64,000 nt of DNA, from NCBI GenBank assembly GCA_000004985.1, contig GG738846.1. One strand, given 5' to 3'. Positions 20,639-31,690 of this stretch are shown one piece after another (within the stretch, counting starts at the first letter, position 1; every line of letters begins with the position of its first letter). Both the position numbers and the translations under genes were made by a program. The DNA is from Naegleria gruberi. Taxonomy: Eukaryota. The notes beneath the pieces are model-generated. The model worked only from the letters and a program-made list of their open reading frames with translations. It ran no database searches and was not told the origin of the DNA.

Positions 20639-23600
20639 TTACTTTTTGGATATTTCTTTTTCCAAATCTTCCAAAAACGCCTCACTCTTTTCCAATAAAT
20701 ATTGTAGACATTCTGCACTGGCTTGTTTCTTTGCCAATTTTATACTTGGACCTCTACCAGTGAAAGTCTTTTCGAATATTGTTATTGAAAAATCAGCTAC
20801 CATGTTGAAAGGTGGGTTGGGTTTTTTAGATTCTTCCATATACCATTTTTCAGATTTATCAAGTCTATTAAAGACGAATTGCTGTAACAATTCGTTCAAT
20901 ACAGATGAGGAATCTCTAGTAATATTTGTGGATATGAATGTAACGATTGGATTGTTTGGGTTTCCAACAATTTCCGTAACATTACTATTCATGGATACTT
21001 CATTTTCAGCTTCTGTGAATATTTCATCCATAAAATTTTTCCATAAAAATTCATCATAAATTAATTTAACAGTATCCAAATCGTAATGACTGTCAACAAA
21101 TAAGGCCCCTGCCAAACTTTCAAACACATCACTTAGCATTTTTACATATTCACCATCATCTTTCGAGTGAACAACTTGTTGGGCAATATGATTTCCACTA
21201 AAAATAATATAATTTTGAAGTTGATTTTCTATGCATAGATTGGCAAAATTCTTATTCATTACAATCTTCTCTCGAAGCTTGCTCATCATTCCTAGGGAGA
21301 AGCTAGAATTTTTGTGAAATTTTTCGAATATTTTGCTAGTTACTATCAAACCTAAAACAGAATCACCTAAAAATTCAAGTCTTTCATAATTGAATACTCC
21401 ATTGTATGATGGGTGAATAAATGCTTCAAGTAGTAATCCTGAATTTTCAAATTGAAAATTGAGTTTCTCTGTAAGCTTATATAAATCAATTTTCAATTTT
21501 TCAAAATGGTTTCTTAACAGTAATTTTTGATTCATAAAAATATCCTCTGAGCCACTTATTTCTCCTTTTGGTAATGATACTCCAACCAAACCCAAAAATC
21601 TATTAATTTGCTCTAGAGATCCACCGAATATATGATAGCAAAACCCAATAATGCTCTCAACAACATCAGCCAGTACCTTATATTCGGCTTCAATATTTGT
21701 TTCATCAGCAAATTTGTTTGATTTGAAACCACCAATATTTTGAACCAGTTGACTGGTATTTAATGGCTCTGTAATGATAAATAGAGGAAGGCGTGTATTT
21801 CGTGCAACAGAGGCTAGGAAATAGTTGCTGACAAACTTGTGTTGCAGTTGTGAAAGAGAACCAGAGCTATATAACGGAAATTCATGGTAGATGTGTTTGC
21901 TGACAATATATTTCAGTATGCTGTCTCCAAAAAATTCGAGTTTTTCATAGTTTGCTCCTACTTGAGATCGCTTTGCTGTAAGTGCCTCCTCCAACAACTC
22001 GAATGCTTCAAGGGTTTTACCATCTTCAAGTAATGTAGCATCAACTATTGGTTGGAAAAGCTCAAACTGTTTGGAAAATATTGATGTTATCAATCTATTG
22101 TAATATCTATACAAAAATTCTGGAGCTAGCTTTAAAAATCTAAGCATTTCAATAGTGAAGGAGCAAGCAGTTAAGAATTCTGGAACCAGAAAAATATTTT
22201 GATGTTCAACTTGTGTTGAACCCAAAGTAGAAAATCTTGGTTGATAGGCTCTTAATAATGGTTGTTGAGGCCTCTCAATTTCCAAACCCCATTTTTCCTT
22301 ATAATAAGTTTTGTAATCTGGGAAATCCTCTGTATCGAAATGGCTTTTTGGATTCTTGTCGAATTCAATGTTTTGAAGTAGATATACTCTATGGTTGTAA
22401 ATAGTTTCCAAAATCATATTTTTCAGTATATTTTCTGCCTCTTTACCATGGTGTTGAATAATATCCAAGACTGGAACATCTATAAAATGTTGTTGAGCTT
22501 GTTTGGGAATAATAAAAAATGTCCAATCTTGAAGGTTTCTTTGTTTTTGGTCTGGAAAGGAAATTTTCGCAACCTTGTTAAACATAAATTCATGGTATTC
22601 AAAACATTTCAAAATATAATCATTATCAACGGTTGTGGATTCCATTTTCTTAATTGTAATATGTCTACCACCATTCATTCGAAAGTTAAGAAGTCCCAAT
22701 TCTTCAAGATCAGAATCAATTTCATTAGGAATTATAAATTGAAAATCTGTAGCATTGTTGTCCAGAAATATATCATAAATATAAACACAATGGGAGGGAT
22801 TATCAGTTTGGATTGAGTTGAGTTTCTTTTCTCGCCAATTGAATATTTCAGGCATCTGAGGCAAAAGAGTGGCCATTGATGCTGGTGATGCAAATTCAGC
22901 TTCTGTAGAAGCAAACACGTATTTTGAGTATCTTGGAAAGAGACTATCATCCAACTCCTTGTACTTGTGAAGTAATTGGACAGCTTTGAAGGCGCAATAT
23001 CTTTTAGATACGAGTTTGTTGAGTCTGTACTGGGCAGGATCATCCTCATGATTATTAGAAATACTAAAAACAGGGACAGGGCAGTTAGTTGGAAAGGTTA
23101 TTTCTGTAACAAAAAAAGGACCATCGGCGTAGATTGAAAACTTTGGTTTTTTTTCATCTATTGATTGATTAGGAAAAACAGCACAGTATTGGTTATACAG
23201 CCTTATACTATTGTTAAGAGTAAGCTTTGCCTTGGAGGGTGTTTCATATATTAGGATATCTTCAATTTCTGAATTATTGGGAGTATCGTCGGATATTTGG
23301 GTCAACATTTTTTCTTGAAGTCTTTTACCATTTTTGCATAACTCTTGTTGAGTTAAATCCGTTGAATTGACCATCATTATAAATTTACTCTCCTGTTTTC
23401 TTGCTCTACCTCTACTTTGAATGTAGGCTCTCAAAAAATCTGTAAACTTGTCAAAACGAATTACCAGATTGCATGCAGGCACATCAAACCCTTCCTCTAC
23501 TACATTGGTGCAGAAAAGGCACTTGAGTTCTCCTGATCTGAATCTTTCTGTTTTACTCTTTTGTTCAAATCCTGTGTTTTTCTTAAATCCAAGTTTTGTC

Positions 23601-24946
23601 CTTACAGAGAGAGCATTATGTCCTATTATAAAATCGCAAGGCAATCCTTTCTTGGCAAAATATCTGGATAATAAAATTGCTGTATGTCTTCTTTCACAGA
23701 AAACAATACATCTCATTTGGTTAGTTGTATTGTTTTCTGGAAAATGTTCATTCAGAACCTCCTCCAATAATTTCAATTTTCTACTTGGTGATGGTTTTGG
23801 AAATATTTTTTCTATTTTGTTAGTAAGCTTGTTTCGTACACTCTCACTAACAATTATCTCAAATTCTTGATTCTTTTTTAATTGTTGATAGGATGAATCG
23901 CTACTAAAAGAAACTAATTCACTTGTAGATAAACTTTGATTCTCTTGTTTCCTTTCTTCTATATGATCAAATATTATAGTTAGATAGTCTTTCAAGCATG
24001 AGGAACCTAGATTGTCTAGAATGTAATTAAAATCGTTAAAAAGTATCCTCGATATTTCAATAATATCCTTTGTTTGTATGGTTGAAAATTTGGTTAGGTT
24101 TTCTACAATCAAAGTACAAAAATCTTTCAAATCATCAATTTTAGTACTTTCTGAATTAGTTGATTCATATGTGAGAATAATTTCATTTGGTAAATTAGTG
24201 TGTTCTCTTAGTTCGCTATAGAGTTCATCCTCAGAAGATATAGTAGTCAATTTACAATCTAGGTATGCCTCAAGTTTTTGTTTCTGAAGATTAGCCTTTG
24301 TTTCATTCAAAGATCTAATAGCAGAAGCTGTCATTCCAAATATTTTTGGTCTTTTTTCTACTTGCTTAATGGTGTGATAGTATTGAGTCATGATTACTTT
24401 ATAAGGATGATCACCATCTCCACAATGGTGACATTCATCAATAATCAATAGAGAAATGGATTCCATTTCAATTATATTATGAGTTAATAAATTTTGTAAG
24501 AATGCAGCAGTAGTAACAATAACTTTCTTTTTTTTCAATTCCTTGTTTGAACGTAGCTTGTTCAATAATCCTGAATCACCCACATAACAGGCCACCATTC
24601 CATCAATATTTTTCGAAATATTATCGATTGACTTGGAATCCTGTTGTTCTAATCTCTCTGTCTCCAGATACTTTAGGGTGCTTCTTATGTGTTCTGCTTG
24701 CTGATTTACAAGTATACGGTTTTCAGCAATAAAGACTAACTTTTTATCATTTTGTTCAGTTTCGTTGAGCATATAATCTATCAACATGATTGCAACCATT
24801 GTTTTTCCAGTACCTGTATCAAGAACAATTGCAACATTTCCCTTTTTTGCCCTTTCAAATAAATCCAATTGATACCTTCTTGGTTTTGTTTTTAGAGGTT
24901 TTTCTTTAACATCAGAAGTTTCCGTTGTTGTGGGCTGTGACAACAT
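20639..24946 (-). CDS. DCR1: Dicer-like endoribonuclease, 1435 aa: N-terminal DExD/H helicase, tandem RNase IIIa/IIIb domains, C-terminal dsRBD. Intronless.
   Basis: Helicase motif I is LDTGTGKTMVAI and motif II is DECHHCG. The RNase III signatures are ERLEFFGDSILKYIVSKHIY and ERLEFLGDSVLGLIVTSKIF. The dsRBD-like tail is ...GRGPSIKLAKKQASAECLQYL. A PAZ domain is not obvious by eye. Confidence 0.85.
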   Translation of the reverse strand: MLSQPTTTETSDVKEKPLKTKPRRYQLDLFERAKKGNVAIVLDTGTGKTMVAIMLIDYMLNETEQNDKKLVFIAENRILVNQQAEHIRSTLKYLETERLEQQDSKSIDNISKNIDGMVACYVGDSGLLNKLRSNKELKKKKVIVTTAAFLQNLLTHNIIEMESISLLIIDECHHCGDGDHPYKVIMTQYYHTIKQVEKRPKIFGMTASAIRSLNETKANLQKQKLEAYLDCKLTTISSEDELYSELREHTNLPNEIILTYESTNSESTKIDDLKDFCTLIVENLTKFSTIQTKDIIEISRILFNDFNYILDNLGSSCLKDYLTIIFDHIEERKQENQSLSTSELVSFSSDSSYQQLKKNQEFEIIVSESVRNKLTNKIEKIFPKPSPSRKLKLLEEVLNEHFPENNTTNQMRCIVFCERRHTAILLSRYFAKKGLPCDFIIGHNALSVRTKLGFKKNTGFEQKSKTERFRSGELKCLFCTNVVEEGFDVPACNLVIRFDKFTDFLRAYIQSRGRARKQESKFIMMVNSTDLTQQELCKNGKRLQEKMLTQISDDTPNNSEIEDILIYETPSKAKLTLNNSIRLYNQYCAVFPNQSIDEKKPKFSIYADGPFFVTEITFPTNCPVPVFSISNNHEDDPAQYRLNKLVSKRYCAFKAVQLLHKYKELDDSLFPRYSKYVFASTEAEFASPASMATLLPQMPEIFNWREKKLNSIQTDNPSHCVYIYDIFLDNNATDFQFIIPNEIDSDLEELGLLNFRMNGGRHITIKKMESTTVDNDYILKCFEYHEFMFNKVAKISFPDQKQRNLQDWTFFIIPKQAQQHFIDVPVLDIIQHHGKEAENILKNMILETIYNHRVYLLQNIEFDKNPKSHFDTEDFPDYKTYYKEKWGLEIERPQQPLLRAYQPRFSTLGSTQVEHQNIFLVPEFLTACSFTIEMLRFLKLAPEFLYRYYNRLITSIFSKQFELFQPIVDATLLEDGKTLEAFELLEEALTAKRSQVGANYEKLEFFGDSILKYIVSKHIYHEFPLYSSGSLSQLQHKFVSNYFLASVARNTRLPLFIITEPLNTSQLVQNIGGFKSNKFADETNIEAEYKVLADVVESIIGFCYHIFGGSLEQINRFLGLVGVSLPKGEISGSEDIFMNQKLLLRNHFEKLKIDLYKLTEKLNFQFENSGLLLEAFIHPSYNGVFNYERLEFLGDSVLGLIVTSKIFEKFHKNSSFSLGMMSKLREKIVMNKNFANLCIENQLQNYIIFSGNHIAQQVVHSKDDGEYVKMLSDVFESLAGALFVDSHYDLDTVKLIYDEFLWKNFMDEIFTEAENEVSMNSNVTEIVGNPNNPIVTFISTNITRDSSSVLNELLQQFVFNRLDKSEKWYMEESKKPNPPFNMVADFSITIFEKTFTGRGPSIKLAKKQASAECLQYLLEKSEAFLEDLEKEISKK

Positions 24947-25178
24947 ATTTGCTTCTGTTGGTGTTTCTTGTTATTTTTTTCTTCCTTGGAAAAGAAATCA
25001 AATCGAGAGTTCCCAACTCAAAAACCAACTTGTCTTATTACTGAATGTAAAATTATTTTGATATTAATTTATTTAGAGAATGTTTTTGACGTTAATTGTC
25101 AGTAAATTTGTTTTTGTCCAATACAAGCTGCTAATTTGAAGGTGAATTAATTGATTGGGAAGTATGTAATCAAAAAAA

Positions 25179-26348
25179 ATGTCGGAAGGAAATCCATACA
25201 AACAAGCTGCCAAAGCTATCAAAGCAAAAGGACTTTTGAAATTAAAATTCTATTGTCAAATGTGTCAAAAGCAGTGTAGGGATGCAGCAGGATTTAAAGC
25301 ACATACACTGAGTGAAGGTCATCAGAGGCAAATGCAAATCTTCCGATCCAATCCAGCAAAATTTATTAATCAATTCAGTGATGAATTTAAGAGGGGATTT
25401 TTGGATATTCTTAAAACTAGACACGGAAAAAAACAAGTTCAAGCACTCAGGGTATATAATGAATATATTAATGATAAACATCACATACACATGAATTCAA
25501 CTCAATGGACCTCACTTGGTTCATTTGTAAAATATTTGGGGAAAACTGGAATTTGTAAAGTAACCTATGATGAGGAGAAGGAAACTTGGTTTTTGCAATA
25601 TATTGGATCGGAATCAAATTTGTACAATACACCAAATGGATCTTCTATTGAAAATGATGATGTTCTGGATGAAAAGAGAAAATTTGAACTCTACGAAAGA
25701 CAGTTCAAAGCTCTGAAAGAATTGGAGGAACAAGCTGATGAAATTATAAAAGAGGAAGAAATTGAAAATAATAAGGATTCTTCGAATCAGAAACCAGTAT
25801 TTAGTGGATTTTCTCTCTCCTCTAAAAAACGGCCAAATCCTTCTAGTGCTGAATCTTCTCAAACAATAGAAAATCCCTCTGAAGAATCAGTTAAGATAGA
25901 GCAACCTGTGGCATTCTCGAATACTACGAATATTGATCTCAACTCAACTGATGTACAGTCATTTAAAAAGATGAAAACCAGTAGAGATGAGGGGATATCT
26001 AGTGGTTGGTTGAAAACAGGTATCATTCTCAAAATTGTGGATAAATCATCTGAATTTTATAATGAGAAGGCACTTGTGCTTAAAACTTTAAAGAAGAAAC
26101 GTGTTGCACAAGTAGAATTATTGAGCGACCAGTCGAAATTAGTCGAAGTTTCACAAGACAATCTCCAAACAGTAATTCCAAAAGTTGGAGCAAAAGTAAT
26201 GATTCTCAAGCACGAGACCATGAGGGGTAAAAGTGCCACTCTTACACATGTAGATTTTGACAAGGCGAGTGCCACAGTACTAGTGGATGGAGTTCTTGGT
26301 GATAACCAACTCATTTTGGGTTATGATGACTTTTCTAAAATATTCTAA
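25179..26348 (+). CDS. KIN17: KIN17 DNA/RNA-binding protein, 389 aa.
   Basis: LKFYCQMCQKQCRDAAGFKAHTLSEGHQRQMQIF...VYNEYINDKHHIHMNSTQWTSLGSFVKYLGKTGICKV is near-identical in pattern to human KIN17 (WYCQMCQKQCRDENGFKCHCMSESHQRQ...VYNEYISHREHIHMNATQW). The C-terminus has a KOW/SH3-like tandem. Confidence 0.85.
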   Translation: MSEGNPYKQAAKAIKAKGLLKLKFYCQMCQKQCRDAAGFKAHTLSEGHQRQMQIFRSNPAKFINQFSDEFKRGFLDILKTRHGKKQVQALRVYNEYINDKHHIHMNSTQWTSLGSFVKYLGKTGICKVTYDEEKETWFLQYIGSESNLYNTPNGSSIENDDVLDEKRKFELYERQFKALKELEEQADEIIKEEEIENNKDSSNQKPVFSGFSLSSKKRPNPSSAESSQTIENPSEESVKIEQPVAFSNTTNIDLNSTDVQSFKKMKTSRDEGISSGWLKTGIILKIVDKSSEFYNEKALVLKTLKKKRVAQVELLSDQSKLVEVSQDNLQTVIPKVGAKVMILKHETMRGKSATLTHVDFDKASATVLVDGVLGDNQLILGYDDFSKIF

Positions 26349-26516
26349 GCATGATCTAATTAATGAATGAACTAATTTAAATAACTCAACTCAATAATTA
26401 TTATTGTCAATTAATTGTTCAACTATTCATTGAAAGACAACATCATTTCTTATTGCCATCAACAAAAAATTTGATTCAAAAAAAATTTCAATAAAAATTG
26501 AATTTAAAAAAAAATC

Positions 26517-28694
26517 ATGACTTCCTCCTCTGTAGATGTTTCATCGCTCGGCTCCACTTGTTGGGAACCAAGCTTGAACGGAACAATTAGAAACTTTGCC
26601 ACGATATCCCAAAATAATAACCAAATCAACATTTATTCAGGAGAAAATTCACAACTTTTGCTTCAATTAAATCTTCCTTTGGACTTGCAAAGTAAATTTA
26701 CTTCAATGAGTTGGATTTCTCTCAACTCTAGCGTTGCTAGTGATGATGAAAAGAAGAAGAAAACACACAAAACATACATCCTTGCTGGTACACAAGATGG
26801 AAAAATTATAGCTTTTGATACCGAAAGAGGAAGACTCGTAAAAAGTATACAATTATCACCAACAACATCATCATCAGTATCTCCAATTTTAAATGTTAAT
26901 TGTCCTGATGGAAATAGAATTTTTGCAGCTCTTGCACCTAATCTCATTGCAGGAACTCATTTCCTTTCAAAGTCCAATAATACCAAGGTTGATTTACACA
27001 AAATTTGTTTCGAAGATATTACTTGTTTGAGTGAAAATTGTGGTCACTTGAATGGTGCTGATGTTTTCGCTATTGCAAATTCTGGAAAGACTCAACTATT
27101 CCAAGTTAACACACAACAACGTGTTTGTGATTTCCAAGGTCATGAAAATGGTGCTAACCAAATTTTATTTATTCATTCTGATTTACTTTTGACAAGATCA
27201 AAGGATGATAGAATTGTTAACTTGTATAATTTAAGCAATATAATGTCAAGCTCTAGTTCTAATGGTTTAAATACTTCAAACTTTATTGAACAATTGATGA
27301 CTACATCATCAAATCACTCGGAATTAATTGCTCCTAATAAGGTTTTCACTTTGGATGCTAATGTAGTAGCTATTGATGGCTTCTATCGTTCTAAAAAGTA
27401 TTTGGATATTGCTGCTGTTTCTCATGCTGGATTGTTAACTTTATTCAGAGTTAAACCATCTGAAAAATCAACTTATGATATTATTTCTAAAGCTACTGTC
27501 AAGTGCCATCTTTCTAAAGGATTTGGTAAGGTCATTTCTGCCAAATTCATCGATGAATCACGTATAATTTTGGCTATGGGATCACCACTCTTCCCTAATA
27601 TTCAAGTTTTGGACTATTCTTCCACTGATAAGGATCAAGAAAACTTTTTATTCTTAGAAAAGGATCTCGTCATAGATGAGCAACCTATTGTTGCTGGAAC
27701 AAAGGACAACAAATTGATTGGTAGCAAAGGAAGTACCTACTCTAGTAATATGGTTTTGGGTGTTGCTAACATGGAATCTGCCAATGCTAGATTTGCCCAA
27801 ACCTTATCAACAACTGAAGGTTCTCAAAAGTCTTTCCAAGATATTCTCTCCCAACAAACATCTACATCCACCAAGAAGGATATGACTCTCTCTGAAGCTG
27901 GTGTTCCAGTTATGAAACTCAACTCATCTTTAATAACAGCATTGAAGAGTCATGATGTTGGAATGATTTCAAAATGCTTGGCTCACTCTGACTTTGATTT
28001 AATTGAATCTACAGTACAAAACCTTTCGGCAACATTTGCAATCAAGTTATTGGATGTCATTATCGAATTATATGGAGATTTCTCACAATCAAGAGATACT
28101 TTAATCTTTTGGCTTAGATCCTTGTTGGTTAACCATACATCACACATAATGTCACAAAAAGATATCATTGAAAGATTGTCTCCAATTTACCACTCAATAG
28201 ATTCAAGACTGCGAATGCTCCCATCTTTAATGGACTTGTCAGGAAGATTGGATTTATTACTTTCTATTGGTGGATATGCCAAGGTTGATTTTGATACAAC
28301 TGATAATATTTCAGCTGCTGCTAAGGCTAAGGCTAAGAAGTTCACAATTGTGGAGAAGGACGAAGATAGTGAAGATGAAATTATTGAAATGATTCAAGCA
28401 TCATATAATAAGAAATCTTCTGGGGATGATGACTTTGATGTAATTGACGATGATAATGATGACAGAGATGAAGAAATTTTGAAAGGAATGGAGGACGAAA
28501 ATAAGAAGGGTTGGTTTGCTGATATGAATAGTGATGATGAAATGAGCGAGGAAGAAAGAGAATTAAATGAACTTTTAAAGAGAGAAGAACAAGTAATGAA
28601 ATCTAGAGGTTCTTCTAATGATGACGAGGATGACGATGATGAAGATGACGATGAAATGCAAGATGACATGCAAGATGATGAAGACGATGAATAA
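26517..28694 (+). CDS. WD-repeat SSU-processome protein with a Utp12 domain (Utp5/WDR43-like), 725 aa, with an acidic C-terminal tail.
   Basis: N-terminal WD-like repeats (...YILAGTQDGKIIAFD...) are followed by a Utp12-type helical region (LLDVIIELYGDFSQSRDTLIFWLRSLLVNH...) and a long D/E-rich tail. The exact Utp family member is not resolvable by eye. Confidence 0.45.
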   Translation: MTSSSVDVSSLGSTCWEPSLNGTIRNFATISQNNNQINIYSGENSQLLLQLNLPLDLQSKFTSMSWISLNSSVASDDEKKKKTHKTYILAGTQDGKIIAFDTERGRLVKSIQLSPTTSSSVSPILNVNCPDGNRIFAALAPNLIAGTHFLSKSNNTKVDLHKICFEDITCLSENCGHLNGADVFAIANSGKTQLFQVNTQQRVCDFQGHENGANQILFIHSDLLLTRSKDDRIVNLYNLSNIMSSSSSNGLNTSNFIEQLMTTSSNHSELIAPNKVFTLDANVVAIDGFYRSKKYLDIAAVSHAGLLTLFRVKPSEKSTYDIISKATVKCHLSKGFGKVISAKFIDESRIILAMGSPLFPNIQVLDYSSTDKDQENFLFLEKDLVIDEQPIVAGTKDNKLIGSKGSTYSSNMVLGVANMESANARFAQTLSTTEGSQKSFQDILSQQTSTSTKKDMTLSEAGVPVMKLNSSLITALKSHDVGMISKCLAHSDFDLIESTVQNLSATFAIKLLDVIIELYGDFSQSRDTLIFWLRSLLVNHTSHIMSQKDIIERLSPIYHSIDSRLRMLPSLMDLSGRLDLLLSIGGYAKVDFDTTDNISAAAKAKAKKFTIVEKDEDSEDEIIEMIQASYNKKSSGDDDFDVIDDDNDDRDEEILKGMEDENKKGWFADMNSDDEMSEEERELNELLKREEQVMKSRGSSNDDEDDDDEDDDEMQDDMQDDEDDE

Positions 28695-28721
28695 ATTCTC
28701 TTTTTCAAAATATTTAATATT

Positions 28722-29901
28722 TCAAAAAATTATATTAGGCATTGTTGGAAAGGATGTTAGAGGATTTCTCCAACCACATTGCCACTTATTATTGGTATGT
28801 TTGAGGAATTTGTCAGTGGATTTTTCTCCAATATGTCTAAAAAACAATCTGTCAGAAACAGTTGATTTGCACTTGCTAAGAATTGGATGTTTAATACAGT
28901 CATTCCAATTTCCCAGTAAACATGATTGTAGAGTCACATCTTGAGGAATGGGTGATAATGAGCCATCTGACATTCTGATTAATCTTCCATTTTCTAAGGT
29001 TGGTTCACTTTTTAACATTTCTGATAGGTAAGGTAGAAGACTAGCTTTAACAAGTATTGAACTCCCACCTATTATTATGATCGACAACATTATTAAAAAC
29101 AACACAAAACATACCTGTTGCCATGAAAAGACCACAAAAATCTGAAGAGAAACTCTTTGAAATTCTCAAAGCATTAATCATCTTTTTAAAATGTCCATCA
29201 CAGAAAGGAAAATCATCCTCCAACAATAAAACATAATGGTCATTCAACTCTTCCTCTGAAAATGTTGTCCTCATATGATAATATGTTTCTCTAAAGAGGG
29301 AAGAAACATGTTGAAGTTGCTTGAAAATAATTGGAGCATTCTTGAGTGGAAAATAATGCTCCTTATACGAAAAGTAAAGAGGAATTTCTGGAGAAATGAA
29401 TGGAACATGTTCAATCTCTGATTTTGGAAGTGTAACCCTAGTTTTAAATTGATCATAATATGTCTCCGATCCACGATATTCAAAAACCTCCTCTATTTGA
29501 TCTGTATCATTTAAAATCATTCCATTTTGTTTCATAAATTTAAAGAAGGAATATTGTTTAATTTGTCTCAAATCATCGAACGTTTCATATAAATTTACAT
29601 GAGATTCTCCAAAATGATTCAGTAGAAACATGTCTACAGATACATTTGAATCCTTTCCTTTTGTAAAATTCTCAAATTCATTAGCAATTGATAATATTGT
29701 CCTTGTCAATTCCTTTTCACCTCTTGATTCATATCTCGGAGCAGATAAAAGTGCAATAGTGATATGTAAATGATGATCACTCTGAACAATATTAAATCTT
29801 GAATTAAATTTCATCTCCACACTCCAAACACTCCAATGCGATACACAAATCATCACTGAAAATAATAGACATGTCAGTACTTGAATGACGATATTTGGCA
29901 T
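28722..29901 (-). CDS. Hypothetical type II membrane protein (possible glycosyltransferase-like), about 376 aa. Two exons: 29115-29901 and 28722-29068.
   Basis: Two ORFs overlap in different frames and are joined by a 46 bp intron (donor ACAG/GTATGT, acceptor TAATAG/GT), giving ...DFCGLFMATG-GSSILVKASLLPYLSEM.... There is an N-terminal hydrophobic anchor (IVIQVLTCLLFSVMICV) and a DxD-like LLEDDFPF. No family was confidently recognised. Confidence 0.35.
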
Positions 29902-30082
29902 TTTTTTTTGTAAGCTTTATCATCTAATAAATATTGAGTTTTAAATCATGATCAGCTATTTTTCACTTCCACAATCAAAAGACTGCCACACTTGTGTTCT
30001 ACAACTCCATAATTGTGGTAAAATTTAACTTTGTGAAAAAGATTTCTAAGGTTTTTAAAATCTTTTTTTCAGATTTAAAAAA

Positions 30083-31690
30083 ATGGATACACACCCAAAT
30101 GGGCAATCTAACAAATCCGAGCCAATGATAAATACAACAAGAGAAATCACAGTGAATTCTTCGGAAAATGGCAAACTAAAAGTACAAAATCTGTGGATTT
30201 TGATAGTGGTGATTGGAATTTTATTTAGGATTGTTCTTGCCTTTTATCAACCACATTCGGGAAAGTCAACACCTCCAATGTTTGGAGATTTCGAAGCTCA
30301 GAGACATTGGATTGAAGTTACATCTAATTTACCAATATCTGAGTGGTATTTTTATGATTTGGAATATTGGGGATTGGATTATCCTCCTCTCACTGCATTT
30401 CATCACTATTTGATGGGTAAAGTAAATGGATACCTAAATCTATGTGATGGTTGTTTTGAGTTTATGACATCGAGAGGTAATCAGAATGTTTCAGTGATTA
30501 TGTTCATGAGAATTTCTGTAATATTGATGGATTTATTATTATACATTCCTGTCTGTTTATTATTGTTGAAATTGATATTCAAATTAAGAAGAATTATGGA
30601 CACTACATTAGATACTAGTTTTGGAATTGAAATTTTTTGGATGATATGTTGTCCCTCTTTAATGATGATAGACCATGGACATTTCCAATATAATAGTATA
30701 TTTTTAGGATTTACAATAATTGCCATTTATATGCTAATGAAATATTTAGAGGAGAATCATGTGATTCACTTGTCATTGGCCTCAATGTCATTTGTTTTCT
30801 CAATTTCATACAAACAAATGTCACTCTATTATTCCCTTCCCTTCTTTTTCTTCATTTTGGCTCTCACTATTAGAGAACCAAAAAGATTCCTTATTGTAGC
30901 ATTGTCTGTAATATTTTCATTTGGTTTAATGTTTGGACCTTTCATTTTACAAAAGAATGGCACTGAAATATTTTTACAAGTTATTCACAGAATGTTTCCA
31001 TTCAAGAGAGGACTTTTTGAAGATAAGGTGGCAACATTTTGGTGCTCCACATCCATGTTTATCAAATGGAATGTCTTATTTGGAGAAAAATTGGTCAAGC
31101 TTTCAACCATTCTGACTTTTCTTTTCTCCCTTCCATCCTGCATTCACTTGCTTTTTATTACAATGAAAAGATCCACCAATTCTGCTCTATTTTTGAGCAG
31201 AATATTTGTAACTAGTGTTACAATTGTCTCATTCTCCTTTTACATGTTCTCTTATCAAGTTCATGAAAAGACAATTCTGGTTCCTCTCATTCCTAGCATT
31301 GTGTTATATTGTTTGGATGTAAAGGGATTGCGCCAATATGTCCCACTCCTCAATATTGTTGCATGCTTTAGCATGTATCCATTGTTTATCAAGGATAAGC
31401 TCACCCTTGCATATTATGTCATTCAATTAGTTTCCATCTCAATTACTTTCATGGATTTTCATTCCTTATCCAAAATCTCCCAAGTTGTTTCTATTTTCAG
31501 TATTTTGGGAATGATTGGTATTCACATTCTTCTTGATTATGCAAAGCCACCAATGAGATATCCAGACTTGTTTACCTTGTTTTGCACAACATTTAGTTTT
31601 ATTCACTTTGTACTCTTCTTTATTAAGGCATATTATGTGCAACTTTTTGGGTTGCGGGATAATAGTGCCTGTCATGAAAAATCTAATTAA
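30083..31690 (+). CDS. ALG6: ALG6 dolichyl-P-Glc:Man9GlcNAc2-PP-dolichol alpha-1,3-glucosyltransferase, 535 aa.
   Basis: MFGDFEAQRHWIEVTSNLPISEWYFYDLEYWGLDYPPLTAFHHYLMG is essentially the ALG6/ALG8 family signature, closest to the ALG6 pattern (GDFEAQRHWMEIT...WYWYDLQYWGLDYPPLTAFHSY). The protein is multi-pass hydrophobic throughout. Confidence 0.8.
   Translation: MDTHPNGQSNKSEPMINTTREITVNSSENGKLKVQNLWILIVVIGILFRIVLAFYQPHSGKSTPPMFGDFEAQRHWIEVTSNLPISEWYFYDLEYWGLDYPPLTAFHHYLMGKVNGYLNLCDGCFEFMTSRGNQNVSVIMFMRISVILMDLLLYIPVCLLLLKLIFKLRRIMDTTLDTSFGIEIFWMICCPSLMMIDHGHFQYNSIFLGFTIIAIYMLMKYLEENHVIHLSLASMSFVFSISYKQMSLYYSLPFFFFILALTIREPKRFLIVALSVIFSFGLMFGPFILQKNGTEIFLQVIHRMFPFKRGLFEDKVATFWCSTSMFIKWNVLFGEKLVKLSTILTFLFSLPSCIHLLFITMKRSTNSALFLSRIFVTSVTIVSFSFYMFSYQVHEKTILVPLIPSIVLYCLDVKGLRQYVPLLNIVACFSMYPLFIKDKLTLAYYVIQLVSISITFMDFHSLSKISQVVSIFSILGMIGIHILLDYAKPPMRYPDLFTLFCTTFSFIHFVLFFIKAYYVQLFGLRDNSACHEKSN

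Noticed and set aside
29047-29135. Apparent frameshift or overlap between ORFs 28722-29135 and 29047-29901.
   Set aside because: A 46 bp GTATGT...TAATAG intron joins them in frame, so this is not a pseudogene.
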